Shown here: positions 12,055-21,083 of the stretch, in pieces
How the letters are laid out: each line of letters opens with the position of its first letter
How positions within the stretch are numbered: position 1 is the stretch's first letter
NCBI GenBank assembly: GCA_040401095.1
Contig: JBBAOY010000005.1
Span: 4,114 to 68,113, forward strand
Source: Limnohabitans sp.
GTDB lineage: Bacteria > Pseudomonadota > Gammaproteobacteria > Burkholderiales > Burkholderiaceae_C
Direction of reading: 5' to 3'
Length of the DNA stretch: 64,000 nt
Program-made: the position numbers and the translations under genes
Notes under the pieces: model-generated
The model's input: the letters and a program-made list of their open reading frames with translations, nothing else
Database searches by the model: none
Told to the model about the DNA's origin: nothing

Positions 12055-14360
12055 CAGAATGATGTCCCGATTTGGAATTGAACTCTTTGTATTCTATCGC
12101 CTGTGAAGCTGCGCACCGGCTTGGCCCATGCAAAGCGTAATGGGCCCATAGGAGATACCCAGCTTAAACCTGCGCCCAATGAGCTTCTAAATTGGCTAAC
12201 TTTAATCGTGTCGTATTCACCGAATACGTTACCCATGTCGTAGAAACCGTAAAGGCGAAGAGTTCTGTCATTACCAGCCCCAGGGAAAGGCATCAAGAAT
12301 TCGCTGTTTATGGTGACCTTCTTGGGGCCACCCACGACGATGCCAGAAATGTCCCGTGGACCCAAAGTGCCTTGCTCGAATCCACGCACGGAGCCTAAGC
12401 CACCAGAATAGTAATTTTTAAAGATTGGATAGGGTTGGTTTTGTAAACCTTTGCCCAAGCCAAAATCCGCATTAAACGCAAAAGTGTATTGCTTGGTCAA
12501 GGGAATATATTGCTGATACTGGGTAGCCATACGGATGTAGCGCGTATCTCCAACAACGCCCACATCACTGTTAGCACGCATATATCTTCCAGATGAAGGA
12601 TTCAGATAGCTATCGCGACCATCACGCGCCCAACCCACAGACAAGGGGACCGTTTTGGTGGTGTAGCCAAAGGTGTTGGCATAAGCTAAATACGAGGCAG
12701 GTAGATTGGTACCAGGAACGATTTCAGTTTGTTCAATGCCAACGCCAGTGAATACTCGGTCTAATTCGCTAAAGGGAATTCCAAAGTTAAGGGCTACAGA
12801 ATCTGAAATCAGCCTGTAATCTCCGCCCTGCTCAACATATGGCTTGCTCGAACGGTGCGAAAACGAGAAAGACCGTGAAACACCATCTTCAGTGAAATAG
12901 GGGTTGGTAGTACTCACCACGTAATACGTGTTGTATTTACTGGTGCTGATTTGCACCCCTAAGTTTTGACCAGAGCCAAAAATGTTGTCTTGAGAGATAC
13001 CAAAACTCAAAGTGACTTTTTCTGCGCTAGAAAAGCCTGCGCCCAAAGTAAGCATGCCAGTGGGCTTCTCCACCACGCTAACGTTGAGGTCCACTTGGTC
13101 CATCGTTGAAGGCACTTCTTGCGTATCCACTTCGACGTCTTTGAAATAGCCAAGGCGATTCACCCGATCTTTAGAAAGCTTAATCTTGTCGCCGTCATAC
13201 CAAGCCGATTCCATTTGGCGGAATTCGCGGCGAACAATTTGATCGCGCGTGCGGTTGTTACCCAAAATATTGATGCGGCGCACATAGGCGCGGCGTGAAG
13301 GGTCAGCGACCAATACCAACTTCACCAAATTGGTGGATCGGTCAATTTCAGGACGCACTTCTGTGCGGGCAAAAGCAAAACCAAAATTACCGAAATAATC
13401 GTTGAATGCCTTGGTAGTCTTGGCCACGTCATCTGCGTTGTAGGGCTTGCCCGCCTTAATTTGAATCAAGGACTTGAACTCATCGTCTTTGCCTAGGAAG
13501 TAGCCTTCTAAGGCCACTTCAGACACCACAAAACGATCGCCCTCTGTGATGTTCAAAGTGATGCTGATGTCTTGTTTGTTAGGAGAGATGGCTACTTGCG
13601 TGGAATCCACACGGAACTCTAAGAAGCCACGCGACAAATACCAAGCACGTAAGGTTTCTAAATCAGCATTGAGTTTGGTACGCGAATATCTATCAGTTTT
13701 GGTGTACCAACTCAGCCAATTGCCAGTGTTTTGGTCTAACTGGTCTAGCAAAGTCGATTCAGAGAAAGTCTTGCTTCCCACAATCCGCATTTCTTTGATC
13801 TTGGCCAGATCGCCTTCGATCACGGTGAACGACAAATTGACACGATTGCGTTCTGCGGGTGTGATGGTGGTGATGATTTCAGCACCGTACAAACTGCGGT
13901 TGACATATTGGCGCTTCAATTCTTGCTCAGCGCGGTCAGCCAAGGCTTTGTCAAAAGGACGACCCTCAGCCAATCCGATATCACGCAAAGCCTTACGCAA
14001 AACGTCTTTGTCAAATTCCTTGGTGCCGATGAAATCGACTTGCGCAATATTGGGACGCTCTTCAACGATCAACACCAACACATTGCCGCTTACTTCAATG
14101 CGTACGTCTTTGAAAAGACCCAAAGCGAACAAACTGCGAATGGCGGATGCGCCTTTTTCGTCGGTGTAGTCATCCCCAACACGCAAGGCGATCGAGGCAA
14201 ACACAGTACCCGGCTCGACCCGCTGCAAGCCTTCTACGCGAATATCACCCACTTTGAAAGGGTCGGCGGCCCATGCATGAAAAGCAAAAACTGACGCAAC
14301 ACAACCTGCCAAAATTTTGGACAAGGTCGATCGACGAAATTGGTAAAGAGGCTGGTTCAT
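12054..14360 (-). CDS. bamA: Outer membrane protein assembly factor BamA
   Basis: POTRA repeats followed by an Omp85 barrel ending ...RVQFQIGTSF. Start set to the internal ATG (MNQPLYQFRRSTLSKILAGCVASVFAFHAWA signal peptide). The track ORF extends to 14414. Confidence 0.93.
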   Translation of the reverse strand: MNQPLYQFRRSTLSKILAGCVASVFAFHAWAADPFKVGDIRVEGLQRVEPGTVFASIALRVGDDYTDEKGASAIRSLFALGLFKDVRIEVSGNVLVLIVEERPNIAQVDFIGTKEFDKDVLRKALRDIGLAEGRPFDKALADRAEQELKRQYVNRSLYGAEIITTITPAERNRVNLSFTVIEGDLAKIKEMRIVGSKTFSESTLLDQLDQNTGNWLSWYTKTDRYSRTKLNADLETLRAWYLSRGFLEFRVDSTQVAISPNKQDISITLNITEGDRFVVSEVALEGYFLGKDDEFKSLIQIKAGKPYNADDVAKTTKAFNDYFGNFGFAFARTEVRPEIDRSTNLVKLVLVADPSRRAYVRRINILGNNRTRDQIVRREFRQMESAWYDGDKIKLSKDRVNRLGYFKDVEVDTQEVPSTMDQVDLNVSVVEKPTGMLTLGAGFSSAEKVTLSFGISQDNIFGSGQNLGVQISTSKYNTYYVVSTTNPYFTEDGVSRSFSFSHRSSKPYVEQGGDYRLISDSVALNFGIPFSELDRVFTGVGIEQTEIVPGTNLPASYLAYANTFGYTTKTVPLSVGWARDGRDSYLNPSSGRYMRANSDVGVVGDTRYIRMATQYQQYIPLTKQYTFAFNADFGLGKGLQNQPYPIFKNYYSGGLGSVRGFEQGTLGPRDISGIVVGGPKKVTINSEFLMPFPGAGNDRTLRLYGFYDMGNVFGEYDTIKVSQFRSSLGAGLSWVSPMGPLRFAWAKPVRSFTGDRIQRVQFQIGTSF

Positions 14361-14470
14361 GAAGAGGAAATTAAGCGACCCATGAGGGGATTTTGTCGAT
14401 TGGAAACAAGGCAAGAGTCACAGCGGGCATGATACAACACGGTCACAGGCGTAAACCCTGCTTAAAAGTG

Positions 14471-15685
14471 TCAAACCATGGCCCATTTTTCTACACATGA
14501 AAGCGCCAATGCACGCGTTCTTTCATCTAAGGCCAAAAGGTCTTCTATGGTCGACATATTCGATACCAATTGCGCACTCAGGCAATGTGCATTGACGTGG
14601 TGAATTTGATCAAAGCGTATGCGTTTGGTTAAAAAAGCCTCCACTGCCACTTCATTGGCAGCATTGAGCACCGCCGTTGTACCTAAAGGCGCACGCAAAG
14701 CCTCCCAAGCCAAATGCAAACCAGCAAACCGCTCACGGTGGCCATGGTCATCCAAGGATTCAAAACTCATGTCGGCCAAGCTTTGGAAATCCAAAGCTTG
14801 CGCGCCAGACGCCATTCGCTCAGGCCAACTCAGGCCGTAAGCGATAGGCACACGCATATCGGGCGTTCCCAGTTGCGCCACCACCGAAGTGTCTCGGTAC
14901 TGAACCATGGAATGGATCACACTTTGTGGGTGAATCACCACCTCCAAGCGCTCTGGTGTCAATCCAAACAAGTAATGCGCTTCTATCACTTCAAGCGCTT
15001 TGTTCATCATGGTGGCGGAGTCGACGGAAATCTTGCGGCCCATCACCCAATTGGGATGCGCAACTGCTTCTTCTGGCGTTACATCTTTCAGGGTGTTGAC
15101 ATCACGCCTGCGAAACGGGCCGCCCGAAGCTGTGAGGATAATTTTCTCAACCCTAGTTTTCCAAGTGTTTGCGTCTTCTGGCAAAGATTGAAAGATAGCG
15201 GAGTGTTCGCTATCGATAGGTATCAATGTGGCGCCACCTTGTTGAACCGCCTGCAAAAACACATCAGCGCCGACCACCAAGGCCTCTTTGTTTGCCAACA
15301 ACAATCGTTTGCCGGCGAGTGCCGCAGCAATGCATGCCTTGAGACCGGCGGCACCCACAATAGCGGCCATCACGCTGTCGACCTGCGGATGTGCTGCAAC
15401 TTCTTCTAGTGCCTTGGCGCCCGATTGCACACGAATAGCAAGACCATGCGCATCCAATTTTTCTTGTAATTGCGTGGCAGCTTCTGCATGGGCCATGACC
15501 ACCATCGAAGGCTTGAATTGCAAGCACTGTTGCAACATCAAATCTACCTGCTTAGCACCCGTCAATGCAAACACTTCAAACCGATCAGGGTGCCGCGCAA
15601 TAACGTCTAGGGTATTCACGCCGATCGACCCAGTAGATCCCAAAATAGTGATGCGCTGGAGTTGATCGTTATTCGACTTACTCAT
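14471..15685 (-). CDS. dxr: 1-deoxy-D-xylulose 5-phosphate reductoisomerase
   Basis: ITILGSTGSIGVNTLDV NADPH motif and LANKEALV, IDSEHSA motifs. Confidence 0.95.
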   Translation of the reverse strand: MSKSNNDQLQRITILGSTGSIGVNTLDVIARHPDRFEVFALTGAKQVDLMLQQCLQFKPSMVVMAHAEAATQLQEKLDAHGLAIRVQSGAKALEEVAAHPQVDSVMAAIVGAAGLKACIAAALAGKRLLLANKEALVVGADVFLQAVQQGGATLIPIDSEHSAIFQSLPEDANTWKTRVEKIILTASGGPFRRRDVNTLKDVTPEEAVAHPNWVMGRKISVDSATMMNKALEVIEAHYLFGLTPERLEVVIHPQSVIHSMVQYRDTSVVAQLGTPDMRVPIAYGLSWPERMASGAQALDFQSLADMSFESLDDHGHRERFAGLHLAWEALRAPLGTTAVLNAANEVAVEAFLTKRIRFDQIHHVNAHCLSAQLVSNMSTIEDLLALDERTRALALSCVEKWAMV

Positions 15686-16524
15686 ATAACAAATTGAGAC
15701 AACATCATCGCCAAAGGCAATGTGGGTAATAGAGCATCAACGCGGTCTAACACACCGCCATGCCCAGGTAGTAATTGGCTACTGTCTTTGACTCCTGCTG
15801 AACGCTTGACCATAGACTCCACCAAATCACCCACTACGCTCATAGCGGTCAAAAAGGTGATGGACACTAAAAAATAAACCCACCCATGGGCATACAACAA
15901 ACTATAAATACTGGGGCTGTCGAACATTGCCATTTGGTCGGCCCACACCCACACAATAGCCAAGACCCATACAGCGCAGGTGCCACCCCACACACCTTCC
16001 CAGCTTTTGCTAGGGCTCAAACTCGGCGCTAACTTTCGGCGACCCAACGCTTTGCCAGCGAAATACGCCGCGATATCCGCAATCCAAACCAAAACAAAAA
16101 TAGACAGCATGTAGTTGATGCCCACGCGCTTAGCCTGAAAAATGGCTAGCCAACAAAGCCAAAGCGCGAGCGTTCCGCCTAGCAATCTGATAGCAATATG
16201 AACCGAGCCCCACCCAGCAAGACCACCCCGCAACATCCAGGCACCTACCAACACCCACAGGGCGCCGGCAACAGCCCATAAATTAGGCGTGGTGTGTAGT
16301 GGTAACTCAAACATCTTCCATGAGCCTAAACAAAGCGCGACACACAACGAGCCCAGTCCCAAAGAGCGGGCCATGCTTTGACCCATCAATCGGCCCCATT
16401 CCCAAGCCCCCGAAGCAATCAACACCAAAGTCAACCAAGCTAGCGGTTCAGCAGAATCAGCAAAAAAAGCCGGCAGAAAAACTGCCAATAAAACCAATGC
16501 CGTGATGATGCGAAGCTTGAGCAT
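15682..16524 (-). CDS. cdsA: Phosphatidate cytidylyltransferase
   Basis: Polytopic membrane protein, 280 aa, with the C-terminal CTP-transferase signature SMVKRSAGVKDSSQLLPGHGGVLDRVD. ATGA overlap with dxr. Confidence 0.9.
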   Translation of the reverse strand: MLKLRIITALVLLAVFLPAFFADSAEPLAWLTLVLIASGAWEWGRLMGQSMARSLGLGSLCVALCLGSWKMFELPLHTTPNLWAVAGALWVLVGAWMLRGGLAGWGSVHIAIRLLGGTLALWLCWLAIFQAKRVGINYMLSIFVLVWIADIAAYFAGKALGRRKLAPSLSPSKSWEGVWGGTCAVWVLAIVWVWADQMAMFDSPSIYSLLYAHGWVYFLVSITFLTAMSVVGDLVESMVKRSAGVKDSSQLLPGHGGVLDRVDALLPTLPLAMMLSQFVI

Positions 16525-16535
16525 GCAGCCTAGTC

Positions 16536-17099
16536 TTAGACCGCCATGATTTCTTGTTCTTTACTCGCCACTACTTTGTCGATGTCCGAAATATGTTTAT
16601 CGGTTACTTTTTGAATATCAGCTTCTGCGCGTTTTTGTTCATCTTCCGAAGCTAGTTTGTCTTTGACTAATTTTTTAACAGCCTCGTTGGCATCACGGCG
16701 TAAATTACGCACTGAAATTTTTGCGTTTTCGCCTTCGGTTCGGACCACTTTGGTCAGCTCTTTGCGGCGTTCTTCCGACATGGGCGGCATAGGCACGCGG
16801 ATCAACTCGCCCATAGATGATGGGTTGAGGCCCAAATCACTATCGCGAATCGCTTTTTCGATTTTGGCCGCCATGGATTTTTCCCAAGGCTGCACGCTCA
16901 CAGTGCGGGCATCTAACAAAGACACGTTGGCCACTTGGCTCAAAGGGACCATAGCGCCGTAGTAGTCAACTTGCACGTTATCGAGCAGAGCCGGACTTGC
17001 ACGGCCTGTACGAATTTTGGTGAGGTTGTTTGAAAAAGAGGCGATCGACATATCCATTTTGGATTCAGCCGTTTTTTTAATGTCTGCAAGGGTCATCAT
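16536..17099 (-). CDS. frr: Ribosome recycling factor
   Basis: 187 aa with [32 protein letters not shown]. Confidence 0.96.
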   Translation of the reverse strand: MMTLADIKKTAESKMDMSIASFSNNLTKIRTGRASPALLDNVQVDYYGAMVPLSQVANVSLLDARTVSVQPWEKSMAAKIEKAIRDSDLGLNPSSMGELIRVPMPPMSEERRKELTKVVRTEGENAKISVRNLRRDANEAVKKLVKDKLASEDEQKRAEADIQKVTDKHISDIDKVVASKEQEIMAV

Positions 17100-17121
17100 T
17101 TACTCCTGATGCAAGTTCAAT

Positions 17122-17844
17122 TTAGACATGGACCAATGTACCTTCATCTTCGCCCATCACTACACGGCGCAATGCGCCATTCTTGAAGATAGAAAAAACT
17201 TTGATGGGCAACTTTTGGTCGCGGCACAAAGCAAATGCGGTGGCATCCATGATGCCCAGATTTTGACCGATCGCTTCGTCAAAACTCAATTGGCTATAGC
17301 GCGTAGCCTTAGGATCTTTTTTAGGATCTGCGGTGTACACGCCATCCACCTTGGTGGCTTTCAATACCATCTCCGCACCAATTTCAGCGCCACGCAATGC
17401 GGCTGCTGTGTCGGTTGTGAAAAATGGGTTGCCAGTACCCGCTGCAAAAATAACCACCTTGCCCTCTTCTAAATATTGCAAGGCCTTAGGACGCACATAG
17501 GGCTCCACCACTTGGTCAATCGCAATCGCTGACATAACGCGCGCAGTCAAACCCGCTTTGTTCATCGTGTCAGCCAACGCCAATGAGTTCATAACAGTCG
17601 CCAACATTCCCATGTAGTCAGCGGTAGCACGGTCCATACCAACGGCGCCGCCCGCAACACCTCTAAAAATATTGCCGCCACCAATCACGATGGCCACTTC
17701 AACGCCTAAGTTGATCACCTCTGACACTTCACCGACGATACGTACGATGGTGGCGCGATTGATACCAAAAGCATCATCCCCCATCAATGCTTCGCCTGAG
17801 AGTTTGAGCAAGATACGTTTATAGGCCGGTTGGGGGTGGGTCAT
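17122..17844 (-). CDS. pyrH: UMP kinase
   Basis: [23 protein letters not shown] start. The track ORF adds 50 unsupported N-terminal codons that overlap the tsf 3' end and the intergenic hairpin. Confidence 0.95.
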   Translation of the reverse strand: MTHPQPAYKRILLKLSGEALMGDDAFGINRATIVRIVGEVSEVINLGVEVAIVIGGGNIFRGVAGGAVGMDRATADYMGMLATVMNSLALADTMNKAGLTARVMSAIAIDQVVEPYVRPKALQYLEEGKVVIFAAGTGNPFFTTDTAAALRGAEIGAEMVLKATKVDGVYTADPKKDPKATRYSQLSFDEAIGQNLGIMDATAFALCRDQKLPIKVFSIFKNGALRRVVMGEDEGTLVHV

Positions 17845-17892
17845 ATAAAAAATCCTAGGTAGTGGCAGTTTGAATGGTTTGTTGAACTTGAT

Positions 17893-17918
17893 GTAAAAAA
17901 GGGGGCCAATGCCCCCTT
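17893..17918 (-). terminator. Intrinsic terminator/attenuator between tsf and pyrH
   Basis: Minus strand reads AAGGGGGC-attg-GCCCCCTT followed by TTTTTT. Confidence 0.7.
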
Positions 17919-17923
17919 GTTCA

Positions 17924-18817
17924 TTACGCCGACTGTTTTGCGGCAGCGACTTGGGCAGCCACTTCGGCAGCAAAGTCATCCACCTTCTTCTCAATTCCCT
18001 CGCCCACTACATACAGGGTGAAAGATTTCACCGATGTGTTGGCAGACTTGAGCATTTGCTCGACCGTTTGTTTGTCGTTCTTCACAAAAGGTTGGTTGAA
18101 CAAAGACACTTCTTTGAGATATTTCTGCACGGAGCCTTCGATCATCTTGGTCGCGATGTCAGCAGGTTTGCCTGACTCTGCCGCTTTGGCAGTTGCAACT
18201 GAACGCTCTTTTTCAATCAGTTCAGCAGGAACGTCCGCGCTGGTCAAAGACACAGGCTTCATCGCGGCAACGTGCATAGCAACGTCTTTCGCGGCAGTTT
18301 CAACGCCTTCGAATTCGACGACCACACCAATGCGGGTTCCGTGCAGGTAAGCACTCAAAGAATTGGCGCCTTCGAAACGCTTGAACCGACGGAAACTCAT
18401 GTTTTCACCGATCTTGCCAATCAAACCTTTGCGCACATCCTCTAGGGTGGGGCCAAAACCGTCTTGGCTGTATGACAAAGCGCCCATGGCTTCGACATTG
18501 GCTGGGTTGTTGTCCACAATCAATTTGGCTGCGGCTTGGGCCATGGCCAAGAAACTATCGTTCTTGGTCACAAAGTCGGTTTCGCAGTTGACTTCTAACA
18601 AAGCGCCTTTGTTACCAGTGATAAAGCTAGTGACAACACCTTCAGCAGTCACGCGACTGGATGCCTTGCCGGCTTTGCTTCCTAGTTTGACGCGCAACAA
18701 CTCTTCGGCTTTGGCCATATCGCCATCGGCCTCGGTCAAAGCTTTTTTGCACTCCATCATGGGGGCGTCTGTTTTGCCCCTTAGTTCAGCGACCATGCTT
18801 GCGGTAATTGCAGCCAT
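17924..18817 (-). CDS. tsf: Translation elongation factor Ts
   Basis: [42 protein letters not shown]. Confidence 0.96.
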   Translation of the reverse strand: MAAITASMVAELRGKTDAPMMECKKALTEADGDMAKAEELLRVKLGSKAGKASSRVTAEGVVTSFITGNKGALLEVNCETDFVTKNDSFLAMAQAAAKLIVDNNPANVEAMGALSYSQDGFGPTLEDVRKGLIGKIGENMSFRRFKRFEGANSLSAYLHGTRIGVVVEFEGVETAAKDVAMHVAAMKPVSLTSADVPAELIEKERSVATAKAAESGKPADIATKMIEGSVQKYLKEVSLFNQPFVKNDKQTVEQMLKSANTSVKSFTLYVVGEGIEKKVDDFAAEVAAQVAAAKQSA

Positions 18818-18857
18818 GTATTTCTCCGATTCAATAAATTGTGTATTGGGTTTCAGT

Positions 18858-18888
18858 TATGAAAAAGGGGCTAACGTGAGCCCCTTTT
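18858..18888 (-). terminator. Intrinsic terminator/attenuator between rpsB and tsf
   Basis: Perfect 10-bp stem AAAAGGGGCT/AGCCCCTTTT with a 6-nt loop and a trailing T-run on the minus strand. An rpsB-tsf attenuator is known in E. coli. Confidence 0.7.
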
Positions 18889-18905
18889 GAAAATCAAGCT
18901 CTTAC

Positions 18906-19649
18906 TTACTCTGCCACTTCAACGAATTCGTCAACGCCTTCAGCCGCGATTGCTTTGACGACGTCGTTGGCAGCGTTTGCGCGGCCTTCCAAAATCGCAT
19001 CGGCAATGCCACGTGCATACAAGGTCACGGCCTTGGATGAGTCGTCGTTACCTGGGATGATGTAATCGATGCCTTCGGGTGAGTGGTTGGAGTCCACCAC
19101 ACCGATCAATGGAATGCCCAATTTTTTGGCTTCCAAAATCGCAATTTTGTGATAACCCACATCGATCACAAAAATTGCGTCTGGTAAGGTGGCCATGTCT
19201 TGGATACCGCCGATGTCTTTTTCGAGTTTTTCAATCTCGCGCTGGAACATCAATTGTTCTTTTTTAGACAAAGCGTCTAAACCGGCTTCTTGTTGGATCT
19301 TCATGTCTTTCAAACGCTTGATAGACGTTTTGACGGTTTTGAAGTTGGTCAACATACCGCCCAACCAACGCTGGTCCACAAAAGGAACACCAGCACGCTG
19401 GGCTTCAGAAGCTACGATTTCGCGGGATTGGCGTTTGGTACCGACCATCAAAATAGTGCCGCGGTTGGCAGACAACTGCTTGGCGAACTTAGCTGCCTCT
19501 TGGAACATCGGTAACGATTTTTCCAAATTGATGATGTGAATTTTGTTGCGATGGCCAAAAATAAACGGTGACATTTTTGGGTTCCAGAAACGGGTTTGGT
19601 GTCCGAAGTGGACGCCGGCTTCTAGCATTTCGCGCATGGTGACTGACAT
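18906..19649 (-). CDS. rpsB: 30S ribosomal protein S2
   Basis: [26 protein letters not shown]. Confidence 0.97.
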   Translation of the reverse strand: MSVTMREMLEAGVHFGHQTRFWNPKMSPFIFGHRNKIHIINLEKSLPMFQEAAKFAKQLSANRGTILMVGTKRQSREIVASEAQRAGVPFVDQRWLGGMLTNFKTVKTSIKRLKDMKIQQEAGLDALSKKEQLMFQREIEKLEKDIGGIQDMATLPDAIFVIDVGYHKIAILEAKKLGIPLIGVVDSNHSPEGIDYIIPGNDDSSKAVTLYARGIADAILEGRANAANDVVKAIAAEGVDEFVEVAE

Positions 19650-19802
19650 AGATGTACTCCAAAGGTTAGGTCTAAAATGCAGTTCTTGATAACTACAAAA
19701 TCTCTAAAAGAGTGCTTGTAGAAACACCTTGAATGAACTGATTCGAGGATTAATTTCATGAATAAGCACACTAAAGTGGTGCTTCATTCGCAAAACCCCA
19801 AA

Positions 19803-19811
19803 ATTCTAACA
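19803..19811 (-). promoter_or_regulatory. Candidate extended -10 element for rpsB
   Basis: Minus strand TGTTAGAAT (TGn + TAGAAT), about 155 nt upstream of the rpsB ATG. No good -35. Confidence 0.3.
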
Positions 19812-19832
19812 TAGTCAACGAGAGCATTACCC

Positions 19833-21083
19833 ATGAAAATCGCCGTGATCGGTGCAGGCGTGGTGGGAATTACCACCGCCTACGAGCTTGCCATGCAGGG
19901 CCATGAGGTCAAAGTCTTCGAGCGTAATAGTTCGGTGGCACAAGAATGCAGTTTTGCAAATGCTGGTGTGATTTCTCCGGGTTATGTCACCCCTTGGGCA
20001 AAACCAGGCATGGCTTGGTTTGTACTTTCTCAATTGGGTAGAAAAAATGCCCCTGTGCGCATCTCCGGGCTAGGTTTAGCGGAGATGGCATGGCTCTCGA
20101 GATGGTGGCGAGCTTGCGACAGCAACACCTTCAACCGCAATCGCAAAAACCTACTCGACCTCTCCCAATACAGCCAGCAAAGGATGCACGAACTCACCAA
20201 ACGTTTGCATCTCAACCATGACCGGTCGCAAGGCTATATGGTGCTGATGCGTGGAGAACGTGAACGTAAATTGCTGCAAGCGTCGATTGAACTCATGCGC
20301 GCAGAGGGCCTTGATCTCAAAGTGCTTTCGCCAACTGAGGCCTGCGAGATTGAACCCGCACTCAATATCGCTGAAACAAAACTTGTAGAGGCGCTCTATT
20401 TTCCTAACGACGAAGTAGGCAACTGCCGGGAGTTCGCATACCTACTTAAAAAAGAAGCCGAGGACTTAGGTGTTGAATTCGAGCTCAACGCCAACGTACA
20501 AAATCTCGCGCCAGAACAACCCCACACCATTCGACTCTCTGCACAAGATAAAGGGCAAAAGTTTGATGCAGTAGTGGCCTGCACTGGGCTTGCCAGTGCA
20601 GCGCTCCTCAAGCCTCTAGGCGTTCATATTCCATTGATGGCCGTGCATGGGTATTCCATCAGTGCTGCTGTGCGTGAACCTTTAGACGCGCCTCGCAGCG
20701 GCGTCATGGATGAGCGTTACAAAATTTCTATCACACGCTTAGGCCAACGCGTTCGTGTGTCTGGTTCTGCTGAAATTGGCGGCGATCCAAAAATACATCG
20801 CGATCAAAGCATCAAAACTTTGTTCGATGTTCTAAACGATTGGTTCCCTGGCGCGGCTCGCACACAAGAGAATGTGCAGATCTGGAAAGGTTCACGACCC
20901 ATGCTGCCAGATGGCCCACCCTTGGTAGGACCGAGTGGCGTTAAAGGCGTATGGCTCAACCTAGGCCATGGCTCTAGCGGATGGGCGCTCTCCTGCGGCA
21001 GCGCAAAAGCCCTAGCAGACATGGTGTCGCAACACCGCGCTGAAATAGATATGCAGGGCTTTGACTATCAGCGGGTGAAGTGA
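19833..21083 (+). CDS. FAD-dependent oxidoreductase, D-amino-acid dehydrogenase (DadA)-like
   Basis: MKIAVIGAGVVGITTAYELAMQGHEVKVFER dinucleotide-binding motif. 416 aa and DAO-family length. The substrate is not determinable from sequence. Confidence 0.75.
   Translation: MKIAVIGAGVVGITTAYELAMQGHEVKVFERNSSVAQECSFANAGVISPGYVTPWAKPGMAWFVLSQLGRKNAPVRISGLGLAEMAWLSRWWRACDSNTFNRNRKNLLDLSQYSQQRMHELTKRLHLNHDRSQGYMVLMRGERERKLLQASIELMRAEGLDLKVLSPTEACEIEPALNIAETKLVEALYFPNDEVGNCREFAYLLKKEAEDLGVEFELNANVQNLAPEQPHTIRLSAQDKGQKFDAVVACTGLASAALLKPLGVHIPLMAVHGYSISAAVREPLDAPRSGVMDERYKISITRLGQRVRVSGSAEIGGDPKIHRDQSIKTLFDVLNDWFPGAARTQENVQIWKGSRPMLPDGPPLVGPSGVKGVWLNLGHGSSGWALSCGSAKALADMVSQHRAEIDMQGFDYQRVK

Noticed and set aside
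13546-15409. Long plus-strand ORFs of 207 aa (13546-14169) and 231 aa (14714-15409)
   Set aside because: They are antisense to bamA and dxr respectively. They have no recognisable motifs and Ser/Arg/Leu-rich composition typical of shadow ORFs.
17845-17994. 50-codon N-terminal extension of pyrH overlapping tsf
   Set aside because: The extension spans the tsf terminator hairpin and tsf coding sequence. The conserved UMP kinase N-terminus starts at the ATG at 17844.
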